A stretch of DNA of 64,000 nt from an uncultured Spirochaetales bacterium (GTDB taxonomy: Bacteria; Spirochaetota; Spirochaetia; Sphaerochaetales; Sphaerochaetaceae): positions 5,208 through 69,207 of the forward strand of contig CAKQTE010000040.1 in assembly GCA_934276485.1 (NCBI GenBank), read 5' to 3'. The first letter of the stretch is position 1. Each line of letters opens with the position of its first letter. This document shows positions 47,388 through 56,246 of the stretch, piece by piece. The translations under genes were made by a program, and so were the position numbers. The notes beneath the pieces were generated by a model, which saw only the letters and a list, made by a program, of their open reading frames with translations, was not told the origin of the DNA and did not search any database.

Positions 47388-48743
47388 CTACTCTGAAACT
47401 TTCTTGAGGTTCTTGATTTTATTGTTGTATATACGAAGAAAGAAGAATCCAGATATCAAGATACTTGCAATCTCTGCAAGCAAGAATGAATACCATACAG
47501 CATTAAGTCCAAATAGCTTTCCAAGAATCCAAGCAGAAGGAATAAGGACAATAAGCTGTCTTGAAATTGAGACTATCAAAGACACGTATCCGGCTCCTGT
47601 TGCTTGATAGATAGCCATTAGAATGATGGATACTCCTGCAATTATAAAGTGATATGAGATGATCCTTAGGGCAGGAATCCCAATCTCCAGCATATGCTCT
47701 GATGCCGAAAATAGAGCAAGAAGCTTATCTGGGATAAATTGGAATAGAATGAATCCAAATGCCATTATAGCTATTGCAATTAGAACACCATCTCTCAATG
47801 TCTCATTGATTCTATGCTTGTCTCCTGCGCCAAAGTTATATGCAATGATAGCAACAAGTCCTGCATTCAGGCCAAAGATTGGCATGAATACAAAGCTTTG
47901 GAGCTTGAAGTAAACGCCAAAGATTGAAACTGCAGTTGCTGAAAATCCAATTAGAATCGAATTCATCAAGGAAACCATTATTGTTCCAATTGCCTGTGAG
48001 ATAACAGCAGGGCATCCTACTTCGTAGATACCTTTGATGATATGCTTTCTTGGTCTGATCTCTCTGATCTTTATCTTGATAAAGTGGTTTCTCTTAACAA
48101 AGTAGAGAGCTAGGAACATGCTTATGAATTGGCTGATTACAGTTGCAATTGCAGCACCATTTACACCAAGGCCAAAGACAAAGATGAATATTGGATCAAG
48201 GATGATATTTGCAACAGCTCCTGTCATCTGAATAAGCATTGGATGCATCGAATCTCCTGTTGATTGCATGATGCGTTCACATGTGATGTCGATAAAGCAT
48301 CCTAGTGACAGAATAATTACAATACGTGCATATCCGAGAGATAGTTTCAATAGCTCTGGGTCTGTTGTATATAGTGATAAAAATGGCTTTGTAAGGAATA
48401 TGCCGATAAAAGCAAATACAAGCCAGGTTACAACAGCAAGGAAAATACCATTTCCAGCTGTCTCTTCTGCACTTTTATGGTCTCCTGCACCAAGTTTACG
48501 GCCTAGGTATGAATTCAGTCCAACAGCTGTTCCTACAGCGAATGCGATGATCAAATTCTGAAGAGGGAATGCAAGAGAGACTGCAGTTAGAGCTGTTTCT
48601 GATACTTTTGCGACAAACATTGAGTCAACAATGTTATATAGAGCTTGTACAAGCATTGATATCATCAAAGGAAGTGATATCTTCATAATTAATTCTGGTA
48701 TCGGAAGATAACCCAAGATATTTTTATTTGAATTGTTTTGCAT
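47388..48743 (-). CDS. MATE-family efflux transporter
   Basis: 451 aa with 12 TM segments. PLMISMLVQALYNIVDSMFVA is typical of MATE. Confidence 0.9.
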   Translation of the reverse strand: MQNNSNKNILGYLPIPELIMKISLPLMISMLVQALYNIVDSMFVAKVSETALTAVSLAFPLQNLIIAFAVGTAVGLNSYLGRKLGAGDHKSAEETAGNGIFLAVVTWLVFAFIGIFLTKPFLSLYTTDPELLKLSLGYARIVIILSLGCFIDITCERIMQSTGDSMHPMLIQMTGAVANIILDPIFIFVFGLGVNGAAIATVISQFISMFLALYFVKRNHFIKIKIREIRPRKHIIKGIYEVGCPAVISQAIGTIMVSLMNSILIGFSATAVSIFGVYFKLQSFVFMPIFGLNAGLVAIIAYNFGAGDKHRINETLRDGVLIAIAIMAFGFILFQFIPDKLLALFSASEHMLEIGIPALRIISYHFIIAGVSIILMAIYQATGAGYVSLIVSISRQLIVLIPSAWILGKLFGLNAVWYSFLLAEIASILISGFFFLRIYNNKIKNLKKVSE

Positions 48744-48867
48744 AGCACAATATCATTAACTAAAAAGGAATTAAATTGCAAGTATTATCAGCGGGAACCA
48801 TTTTCATAATAGCGACTATTGAACGCAGGTGCCTTAATTCTATAGAATTAGAGCGTTGGAGATAATT

Positions 48868-50169
48868 ATGATTGTTTGCAAATTCGGTGGTAGCAGTGTT
48901 GCTGATGCCAATCAGATTAAAAAAGTAAAAGCCATTCTTGAAAGTAATGAGGAGAGATGTATTGCAGTTGTTTCTGCTCCTGGTAAGCGCAATAAGGACG
49001 ATGAGAAAATCACGGATCTTCTTTACCAGTGCAATGCAGAGGTTCAAAAGGGACTAAGCTGTAGGGATACTTTCAAGAAGATTCATAATAGATATATGGA
49101 GATCGCAAATGAGCTCAAACTTGACACTACATTCTTGTCTGAAGAGCTCGATAGCGTTAGACGCCTTATTGATGCAGGTCGTGGTGCTGATTATGCAGCA
49201 TCTCGTGGAGAGTATCTATCTGCATATCTTATTAGCCAATATCTTGGATGGGAGTTTGTTGATTCCTATGATTGCATTGTAATAAATTCAGATAACACAA
49301 CTAATGCCATTAGCTATGATAATCTTTCCTCTCGCCTCAATAGTGGCAAGAAATATGTTATTCCAGGCTTTTATGGAAAGACAGAAAGAGGGGAGCTGAA
49401 GACATTCTCAAGAGGTGGTTCTGATATCACAGGAGCTATTGTTGCTAGAGCTGTGAATGCTAGCCTATATGAGAACTGGACAGATGTATCTGGTGTATTC
49501 TCTGCTAATCCTGTAAAGATCAAGGATGCAAAGGTAATCGACAGCCTTTCATATCAGGAGGTAAGAGAGCTTGCTGAAGTAGGAGCTTCGGTATTCCATG
49601 AAGAAGCAATCGCACCTGTGGTTGAAAAGAACATTCCAATTTGCGTCAAAAACACAAATAAGCCAGAAGATCCAGGTACATTGATCTCAAATGAATTCAC
49701 AGGAAGTGGTGTAAAGGGTATCTCTGTTAAGGGTGGGCTTTCGATGATCAAGCTCAGAAAGCTTATGCTATTCAAGAAGAGTGGAATGAGACATGCTCTT
49801 TTGACAATGCTTCACATCTTTGGCATTCGTCCTTGCTATAGCTTGTTTGGAATCGATTCAATCATTTGGTTCTTTGACTCTGCGATGGCTTCAGACTCTG
49901 TATGCTCTTCAATGTGTGAAAGAATCAAGATGGAGTATTCCTTGGATTCTTCTTCAGTAACAAGAGGTTATGCAATGCTAGGTCTTGTTGGTCCTGATAT
50001 GGATACTTCCACAGACTATATCGATGCACTCATTGCACTTAAGAATGCTGGTATTGAGGTTGTAACTGTAAACTATGGTGCAAGTAATACTACTTGTCTA
50101 ATTGGAATCAAGGAAGAAGATAAGGATAATGCATTGAAAGTTTGCTACGATGCACTATTCAGACGCTAA
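48868..50169 (+). CDS. Aspartate kinase
   Basis: MIVCKFGGSSVA N-terminus, FSRGGSDITGA, C-terminal ACT-like region. ATG 48868 chosen over the upstream TTG. Confidence 0.85.
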   Translation: MIVCKFGGSSVADANQIKKVKAILESNEERCIAVVSAPGKRNKDDEKITDLLYQCNAEVQKGLSCRDTFKKIHNRYMEIANELKLDTTFLSEELDSVRRLIDAGRGADYAASRGEYLSAYLISQYLGWEFVDSYDCIVINSDNTTNAISYDNLSSRLNSGKKYVIPGFYGKTERGELKTFSRGGSDITGAIVARAVNASLYENWTDVSGVFSANPVKIKDAKVIDSLSYQEVRELAEVGASVFHEEAIAPVVEKNIPICVKNTNKPEDPGTLISNEFTGSGVKGISVKGGLSMIKLRKLMLFKKSGMRHALLTMLHIFGIRPCYSLFGIDSIIWFFDSAMASDSVCSSMCERIKMEYSLDSSSVTRGYAMLGLVGPDMDTSTDYIDALIALKNAGIEVVTVNYGASNTTCLIGIKEEDKDNALKVCYDALFRR

Positions 50170-50368
50170 TTAAGGCATGATTATTTATTCTTCATGACAA
50201 GAGGAGCTGGTATCGCTATGGTATTGGCTCCTTCTTCTTTATATCGATAAAGATAAATCGTGCTATATATAGATTATGAAATACATTACTGGTGCAATAG
50301 CTTTAAACATACCTTGATCTCTCGATACTACAGGCGATTGGCATCGCTTATCCATCGATTGGTCAAAA

Positions 50369-50692
50369 ATGAAATTGGCAGACACAAAGGATTCTATCTT
50401 TGGCACATGGGGAATAGAAGAAGGCATATACATTCCAGAGCTAGATGGTAGCTATAATGTTGCTAACACGATCAGGGCCTGCTTTGATTTGATTGACGCA
50501 AAAATCTTTTATCAAGCGAGTTGTATGAATAAAGACTATATCGCGAATGATAAATACGATGACATTGTAATTGAGAAAGAATATGAACTTAAAGCTATTA
50601 AAACCCAAGAGGAGTGGGATAGGATAGACACCTTCATGCGGAAGGAATATCTATTAAAATGGGTTAATTTCAATAACGATAAGAATGTTTGA
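50369..50692 (+). CDS. Hypothetical protein (107 aa)
   Basis: ORF only. No recognisable motif and a weak ribosome-binding context. Confidence 0.3.
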   Translation: MKLADTKDSIFGTWGIEEGIYIPELDGSYNVANTIRACFDLIDAKIFYQASCMNKDYIANDKYDDIVIEKEYELKAIKTQEEWDRIDTFMRKEYLLKWVNFNNDKNV

Positions 50693-50712
50693 TTATTCTA
50701 GATATGTAGAGA

Positions 50713-50739
50713 CAAAAAAGATGCAGCTCGGAAGCTGCA
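50713..50739 (-). terminator. Intrinsic terminator of the ABC ATPase gene
   Basis: On the minus strand, TGCAGCT-TCCG-AGCTGCA followed by TCTTTTTT. Confidence 0.65.
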
Positions 50740-50760
50740 CCTTGATTGAAGCTATAGCTA

Positions 50761-51855
50761 TTAGCGAATTCTGAGCTCTGTCTCGAGATCGAAGAATCTA
50801 GCCTTTTCCATGTTACAGATAAGAGCAACTGGCTCTCCAACTGTTGGAACAACGGATGGATCAATCTTACCAACAATGTTAGCACCATCTGTTGCAACGT
50901 AAACCTGAGTCTCTGATCCAAGTGGTTCAACAACTGAAACGTTACCGTTGATTGTCTTTCCATCCTGGCTCTGATGTGAATACTCAACATCTTCTGGTCT
51001 GATACCAAATGTAACCTTCTGGCCTACGTATGGCTCTAGGAATGCTGCCTGAGCTGGAGTAACTTCAAGTCTGAAGTTCTCTGTCTTAGCATATGTCTTT
51101 CCATCAGCCTTAACAATTTCCATTGTGATGAAGTTCATTGGAGGTGAACCGATGAATCCAGCAACAAACTTGTTGTCTGGGTCGTTGTAAAGCTCCATTG
51201 GACCACCAATCTGCTGAATAACGCCGAGCTTCATAACTACGATCTTGTCAGCCATTGTCAAAGCTTCAACCTGGTCGTGAGTTACGTAGATCATTGTTGC
51301 CTGTAGTCTGTGGTGAAGGCCTGAAATCTCAGCTCTCATCTGAACTCTGAGCTTAGCGTCGAGGTTTGAAAGAGGTTCGTCGAAAAGGAATACCTTAGGA
51401 TTTCTTACGATAGCTCTACCAACAGCTACACGCTGTCTCTGGCCACCTGAAAGAGCTTTTGGCTTTCTCTCGAGAAGTGCCTCGATGTCAAGAAGCTTAG
51501 CAGCCTCTCTAACTCTCTGGTCGATTTCTTCCTTAGGGAACTTTCTGATCTTTAGACCGAATGCCATGTTGTCATAAACGGTCATGTGAGGATAAAGTGC
51601 ATAGTTCTGGAATACCATTGCGATGTCTCTATCCTTAGGAGGAACGTCGTTCATTAGCTTTCCATCGATATAGAGCTCGCCAGAGGAGATGTCCTCAAGA
51701 CCAGCAACCATTCTTAGAGTTGTAGACTTACCACAACCGGAAGGACCAACGAGAACAACGAATTCCTTATCTTTGATGTCAATGTTAACGTTATCTACAG
51801 CCTTAACACCGCCATCATAGATCTTGCAGATATTCTTAAGTAGTACTTCTGCCAT
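50761..51855 (-). CDS. Sugar ABC transporter ATP-binding protein (MalK/MsmX/UgpC type)
   Basis: Walker A GPSGCGKST, LSGGQRQR, LFDEPLSNLD, plus a C-terminal regulatory TOBE-like domain. Confidence 0.95.
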   Translation of the reverse strand: MAEVLLKNICKIYDGGVKAVDNVNIDIKDKEFVVLVGPSGCGKSTTLRMVAGLEDISSGELYIDGKLMNDVPPKDRDIAMVFQNYALYPHMTVYDNMAFGLKIRKFPKEEIDQRVREAAKLLDIEALLERKPKALSGGQRQRVAVGRAIVRNPKVFLFDEPLSNLDAKLRVQMRAEISGLHHRLQATMIYVTHDQVEALTMADKIVVMKLGVIQQIGGPMELYNDPDNKFVAGFIGSPPMNFITMEIVKADGKTYAKTENFRLEVTPAQAAFLEPYVGQKVTFGIRPEDVEYSHQSQDGKTINGNVSVVEPLGSETQVYVATDGANIVGKIDPSVVPTVGEPVALICNMEKARFFDLETELRIR

Positions 51856-52010
51856 CTGAATCTCCTTGTTCGTGATAATTTAAGTTTACGCCTCCCAAAT
51901 TGCTCAAGTCAAAGAATATTTAATAAAAAAAGGGGTGTTTTAGCTTGAAAAATGGACAAAAAACGTGTTTTGATGACTATATAGACTTATTTAGTCAAAA
52001 AGAGGAAGCT

Positions 52011-52595
52011 ATGCCTAAAATATATAGTGACGATGAGAAAAGAAAAATACGTGAAAGCTTACGAGAGGAAGCATCAAAATGCCTAGCTATATATGGCGTT
52101 AAGCGAACAACTGTTGATGAGCTTGTCACACGCGTTTCAATTCCAAAGGGAACATTCTATTTGTTTTATAAGAATAAGGAAGAGTTGTTTTTTGATGTGC
52201 TTGTAAATTTCTCATCTCGCATGGAGAGCCTGTATTTGCAAATGCTTCAGGAACTTGATGAGAATCATATTGTTACAAGCCTTACAGATGTTTTCTATCA
52301 AATGGCTATGAGATTCTATAAAGAGGGTATATTCAGGTTTCTTTCTCCTGGGGAGATGGAACTTGTAGTCAGACGATTGGATGATAAAGAGATTGTGAAA
52401 GCCGAAAGCATGAATGATGAGATTCTTCATAACCTATTTTCATACTTTGCTATTGAGGATGAGAATGACATCAAGGCATTCATAGATGGGTATCGAGCGA
52501 TTCTATATGTGTTTCTACATGCAGACAAAATCCCTGATATAGAAAAAACCCTCCGATTCTTGATCAGAGGGCTTGTATTGCAGATGGTAGAATGA
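52011..52595 (+). CDS. TetR-family transcriptional regulator
   Basis: HTH region YGVKRTTVDELVTRVSIPKGTFYLFYKNKEELF. ATG 52011 follows AAGAGGAAG. Confidence 0.8.
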   Translation: MPKIYSDDEKRKIRESLREEASKCLAIYGVKRTTVDELVTRVSIPKGTFYLFYKNKEELFFDVLVNFSSRMESLYLQMLQELDENHIVTSLTDVFYQMAMRFYKEGIFRFLSPGEMELVVRRLDDKEIVKAESMNDEILHNLFSYFAIEDENDIKAFIDGYRAILYVFLHADKIPDIEKTLRFLIRGLVLQMVE

Positions 52596-53936
52596 TTATT
52601 CGTCATCCTCTTCTTTTTCTTTCTTCTCCTCAGGAAGCTTTTTGACAATTACTGTCTCTATCTTCCTGTCCTTGATTTTAGTGACATGGAATGAGAATCC
52701 ATCTTTTTCGACTTCTATCTCCTTTCCATCCTCTGGGAAGGTTGAGAGGGTAGAGAGGACCAATCCTCCAATTGTGTCATAGTCATCGCTTTCAGGAATG
52801 TCGTAGACCTCAGTCTCGTCATTGAAATCATCGATGAGCGTGTCTCCTGTGACTTTCCATGTGCAATCGTCTATTTGCTGGACATCTGCTTCTTCTTTCT
52901 CATCGAATTCGTCGTAGATATTTCCTACGATTTCTTCCAATAGGTCTTCCATCGTAATCAGGCCTGCAAATTGTCCATATTCATCAATTACAAGAGCGAT
53001 ATGGATCTTGTTCTCCTGCATATCTGCAAATAGCTTATCTGCATGTATTGAATCTGGTACTAGGTAAGCAGGTCTTATAAGTTCCTTGAAAGGCTTTCTG
53101 TTCTTTGCAGATAGATTGAGAAGGAATTCCTTTGCAATGATGATTCCCTTTATGTCGTTGATGTCCTCTCCATATACAGGGAAACGGGAAAATCCTGTTT
53201 CCTTTATGATCTCCAGGATCTCACGCTCTGGAGTATCTTCCTGTATGGCAACAACGTCTCCATCACGAGTCATTACATCATCTACTGCGATATCATTGAA
53301 ATCGAATACGTTCTGAATCCATTCCTGTTCATCTTCCTCGATAGCACCATGCTCGCCAGATGATTCGACCATCAATCGAATATCTTCCTCTGTTACCTTT
53401 TCCTCTTCGCCATCGGTATTAAGGTGCATAAGCTTTAGGATGATGTTTGTGCATTTAGAAAGAAGCCAGATCATTGGCTTGAAGAAGATAGATAGGCCTC
53501 CAAGTACACTGATTGCAGCACGAGCCCAAGCATTTGCTTTCTGCTGTGCAATGCGCTTTGGGACAAGTTCTCCGAAGATCAATGTAAAGAATGAGATTAT
53601 GATAGTGATCAATACAACAGAGATTGTATTCAGAACTGTATAATTCCAGTTTAGTCCTAGTCTGACAAAGCCATCTGCAAGATGCTCTGATAGCTCATTT
53701 GCAGAAAAGGCTGCACCTAAAAATCCTGCAAGTGTGATACATATCTGGATTGTCGACAGGAAAGATGATGGATTATCGACCATCTTTACAAGCTTTTTGG
53801 CTACTTTATCGCCATCATCAGCTTCTTTACGTAATCGCGTTTGGTTTAATGATATTACTGCTATTTCAGTTCCTGCGAAGAATGCATTCACAAGAATCAT
53901 TAAAATCTGAATTGTTATAACAACAGCTACTGACAT
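52596..53936 (-). CDS. CNNM/HlyC-CorC-family protein (DUF21, CBS pair, CorC_HlyC)
   Basis: N-terminal DUF21 membrane domain (FFAGTEIAVISL), CBS pair, C-terminal transporter-associated domain, acidic tail. Confidence 0.9.
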   Translation of the reverse strand: MSVAVVITIQILMILVNAFFAGTEIAVISLNQTRLRKEADDGDKVAKKLVKMVDNPSSFLSTIQICITLAGFLGAAFSANELSEHLADGFVRLGLNWNYTVLNTISVVLITIIISFFTLIFGELVPKRIAQQKANAWARAAISVLGGLSIFFKPMIWLLSKCTNIILKLMHLNTDGEEEKVTEEDIRLMVESSGEHGAIEEDEQEWIQNVFDFNDIAVDDVMTRDGDVVAIQEDTPEREILEIIKETGFSRFPVYGEDINDIKGIIIAKEFLLNLSAKNRKPFKELIRPAYLVPDSIHADKLFADMQENKIHIALVIDEYGQFAGLITMEDLLEEIVGNIYDEFDEKEEADVQQIDDCTWKVTGDTLIDDFNDETEVYDIPESDDYDTIGGLVLSTLSTFPEDGKEIEVEKDGFSFHVTKIKDRKIETVIVKKLPEEKKEKEEDDE

Positions 53937-54204
53937 TATTTTTCTCCTATTATTTCGCTTTGATTTAATGCATTGGTATCAAAGCAGGAGAAAATATTTC
54001 ATGTTGCAAAGAGCTCCGTCTGCCGAAGGAGGAACCTCTTCTTGGGCCTTGTCTTTGCGTTTATTACCACTAGGGGCGTCGTCCACTATTTATCCTTTGC
54101 ACATTCTTTGTGCGGTTTGAATATGTTATAAATATAAAAGACAGTGCAACATGCGTCAATATTATAGTCAAGTCAATTGAAAGTAAGAATCCTCACTGTC
54201 TTAA

Positions 54205-54549
54205 TTATTCGACCTCGATTTCCTTTATGTTGAATTCGTTTCCTTGTACAAGATATGTGTGCTCACTTCCACAATGTGGACATATCTTTCCATATTCAAC
54301 AGTAGGGTAGGTCTCTTTGCAATCTTCGCAATATGTGATAGCGGGAAGTGTCTCTACAACAAGAGTAGATGCCTCAAATAGAGGACGCTTTTTTGCACTC
54401 CACTCCCAACAACTTTGCAAATAGGACTCGATTACTGTCGAAACTTCCCCAAGCTCCAATACAACTTTATTTATTTTTTCAACATTGTTTTCCTTGGCCA
54501 CCTTCTCAAGGTGGTCCATGATCGTAAATGTTACTCCAAGTTCATGCAT
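54205..54549 (-). CDS. hypA: Hydrogenase/nickel-enzyme maturation metallochaperone HypA
   Basis: MHELGV N-terminus (MHE nickel site) and zinc site CEDC...CPHCGS. Confidence 0.9.
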   Translation of the reverse strand: MHELGVTFTIMDHLEKVAKENNVEKINKVVLELGEVSTVIESYLQSCWEWSAKKRPLFEASTLVVETLPAITYCEDCKETYPTVEYGKICPHCGSEHTYLVQGNEFNIKEIEVE

Positions 54550-54564
54550 GATGTTTCCTTGTTC

Positions 54565-55236
54565 TTATTTTGAATTCCACTTGTCAACTTCTCTAGCCAG
54601 CCACTCTGTCCAAGCGCTCATTCCTTCGCCTGTTTTAGCGCTGATAGGGAAGATCTTTGCATTTGGATTGCGTTTATAGATAAAAGACTGAACTTTCTCC
54701 ATATCGAAATCAAAGTATGGAAGTACATCGATCTTATTGATTAGCACTGCATCGCAGATCTGGAACATCAATGGATACTTCAATGGTTTGTCATGTCCTT
54801 CTGGAACAGAGAGAATCATTACATTTTTGGATGCTCCTGTATCGAACTCTGCAGGGCACACTAGATTTCCAACATTCTCGAGAATTGCAAAATCCACATC
54901 TTCAATGCCAAGACCATATATGCCTTGTCTTGTCATGTCTGCATCCAAGTGGCACATGCCGCCTGTATGTAGCTGAATTGCCTTTACTCCTGTCTCTGCA
55001 ATTGCTTTTGCATCTACATCTGAGTCGATATCTGCTTCCATGACACCGATTCTGTATCTATCTTTCAAGCGAGCAATGGTTCCTTTTAGCGTTGTTGTCT
55101 TTCCTGATCCTGGGGAAGACATCAAGTTCATTAGAAATACACCTTTCTCTTTTAGTTCTTTTCTCAGATTATCTGCTTGACGGTCATTGTCTGCAAATAC
55201 GCTTTCCTTGATTTCAAGAATTCTAACTTCTTTCAT
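54565..55236 (-). CDS. hypB: Nickel-incorporation GTPase HypB
   Basis: P-loop SSPGSGKTT, CH motif GGMCHLDA, NKID G4 motif. ATG 55236 follows GAAGGAA. Confidence 0.9.
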   Translation of the reverse strand: MKEVRILEIKESVFADNDRQADNLRKELKEKGVFLMNLMSSPGSGKTTTLKGTIARLKDRYRIGVMEADIDSDVDAKAIAETGVKAIQLHTGGMCHLDADMTRQGIYGLGIEDVDFAILENVGNLVCPAEFDTGASKNVMILSVPEGHDKPLKYPLMFQICDAVLINKIDVLPYFDFDMEKVQSFIYKRNPNAKIFPISAKTGEGMSAWTEWLAREVDKWNSK

Positions 55237-55295
55237 TTGTATTCCTTCATAAGCAAAAGGCACCTTTGGTTCGGTGCCATTTGATGGATGTTTGT

Positions 55296-56231
55296 TTATT
55301 TGTTTTCAGCGTTTATCTTCTTGTAGAATGCTTTATCTGTATAGATTTCATCCTTGAAAGGATTTAGCTTGTTCTTCTTGATGATATATACCTGATAAGC
55401 AACTGCAGCTGCATTAGCGACTAGAGCGAGCAAGCTCACAACGAAGAATGCTGTTGGATTATGGGTTGTTGGAACAGGAGCAAGACGGTCTGCAAATTGT
55501 GGAACTGTCATGATGAACATGATCCATAGTGCAAGTGTGTGTGCTCTATGCTGCAACCAGCATCCTTTCTTGATGAAGAATGCAGGGATTGTGCAAGACA
55601 GTAGCAAGATTACACCGCAATATACAGAGTGGTCTGAGATACAGTTATATGTATAAGCAAAGTTCCAAAGGTCATATGTGATGATGTAGATCCAATCCAT
55701 GTCTGGCCACATCATGTCCTGGCTCTTCTCTTTTGAGATATAGATTCCTATCCAACCACAGATTAGGAGGATGTTCAAGATACCTGCAATACCATTCATG
55801 ATATTCCATGGGCCTGACATTACCCAAAGGTTGTTCACATACTCACCAGCAAATGCATGGAAGCTATATGCTTCAAAATCACGGAATACAGCTTCACAGA
55901 TATTGATTGCAAGAATCAATGGAGGAAAGCAGATTACCCATTTATGCTTTGTTGCATTTGGAATATATCTGATCAACATGAAGCCTACACAGCCAGCGAG
56001 TGCTGAATATGTCTTTGCCCAGTTGAACCAGTTTCCTGTTCCATACTCATTGCCTGGAGCACAAGTTGTTGGCCATACAAAGATTGTAAGCACAACAGGA
56101 ACAATTACAAATAGTAATATTCCTCCCCATTTCTTAGTGCGTCCCAATTCATTGAGTGCGATTAGTACTACAAGAATGAAGAACATTATTCCCCAAGTCT
56201 TCATGTCTGGTACATTGTACAAAATTCCCAT
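55296..56231 (-). CDS. Polytopic membrane protein of unknown function (about 9 TM, Trp/Cys-rich; possibly DUF5692-like)
   Basis: 311 aa, multiple hydrophobic segments, no catalytic motif recognised. Located between the Fe-S flavoprotein gene and hypB. Confidence 0.6.
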   Translation of the reverse strand: MGILYNVPDMKTWGIMFFILVVLIALNELGRTKKWGGILLFVIVPVVLTIFVWPTTCAPGNEYGTGNWFNWAKTYSALAGCVGFMLIRYIPNATKHKWVICFPPLILAINICEAVFRDFEAYSFHAFAGEYVNNLWVMSGPWNIMNGIAGILNILLICGWIGIYISKEKSQDMMWPDMDWIYIITYDLWNFAYTYNCISDHSVYCGVILLLSCTIPAFFIKKGCWLQHRAHTLALWIMFIMTVPQFADRLAPVPTTHNPTAFFVVSLLALVANAAAVAYQVYIIKKNKLNPFKDEIYTDKAFYKKINAENK

Positions 56232-56246
56232 TTTAAGTTCCTCTCC

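Noticed and set aside
48744-48867. Lysine (L-box) riboswitch upstream of aspartate kinase.
   Set aside because: The leader is only about 120 nt and lacks the conserved L-box helices and the AGAGGCGC-type core.
52593-52598. Convergent TetR and CNNM genes whose stop codons abut with zero intergenic bases.
   Set aside because: Noted as compact gene packing only. No structure or function can be inferred from it.
53990-54110. M-box or yybP-ykoY riboswitch upstream of the CNNM gene.
   Set aside because: No GGGGAGUAG or M-box core words were found by eye. The region is kept only as an unclassified leader in the findings.
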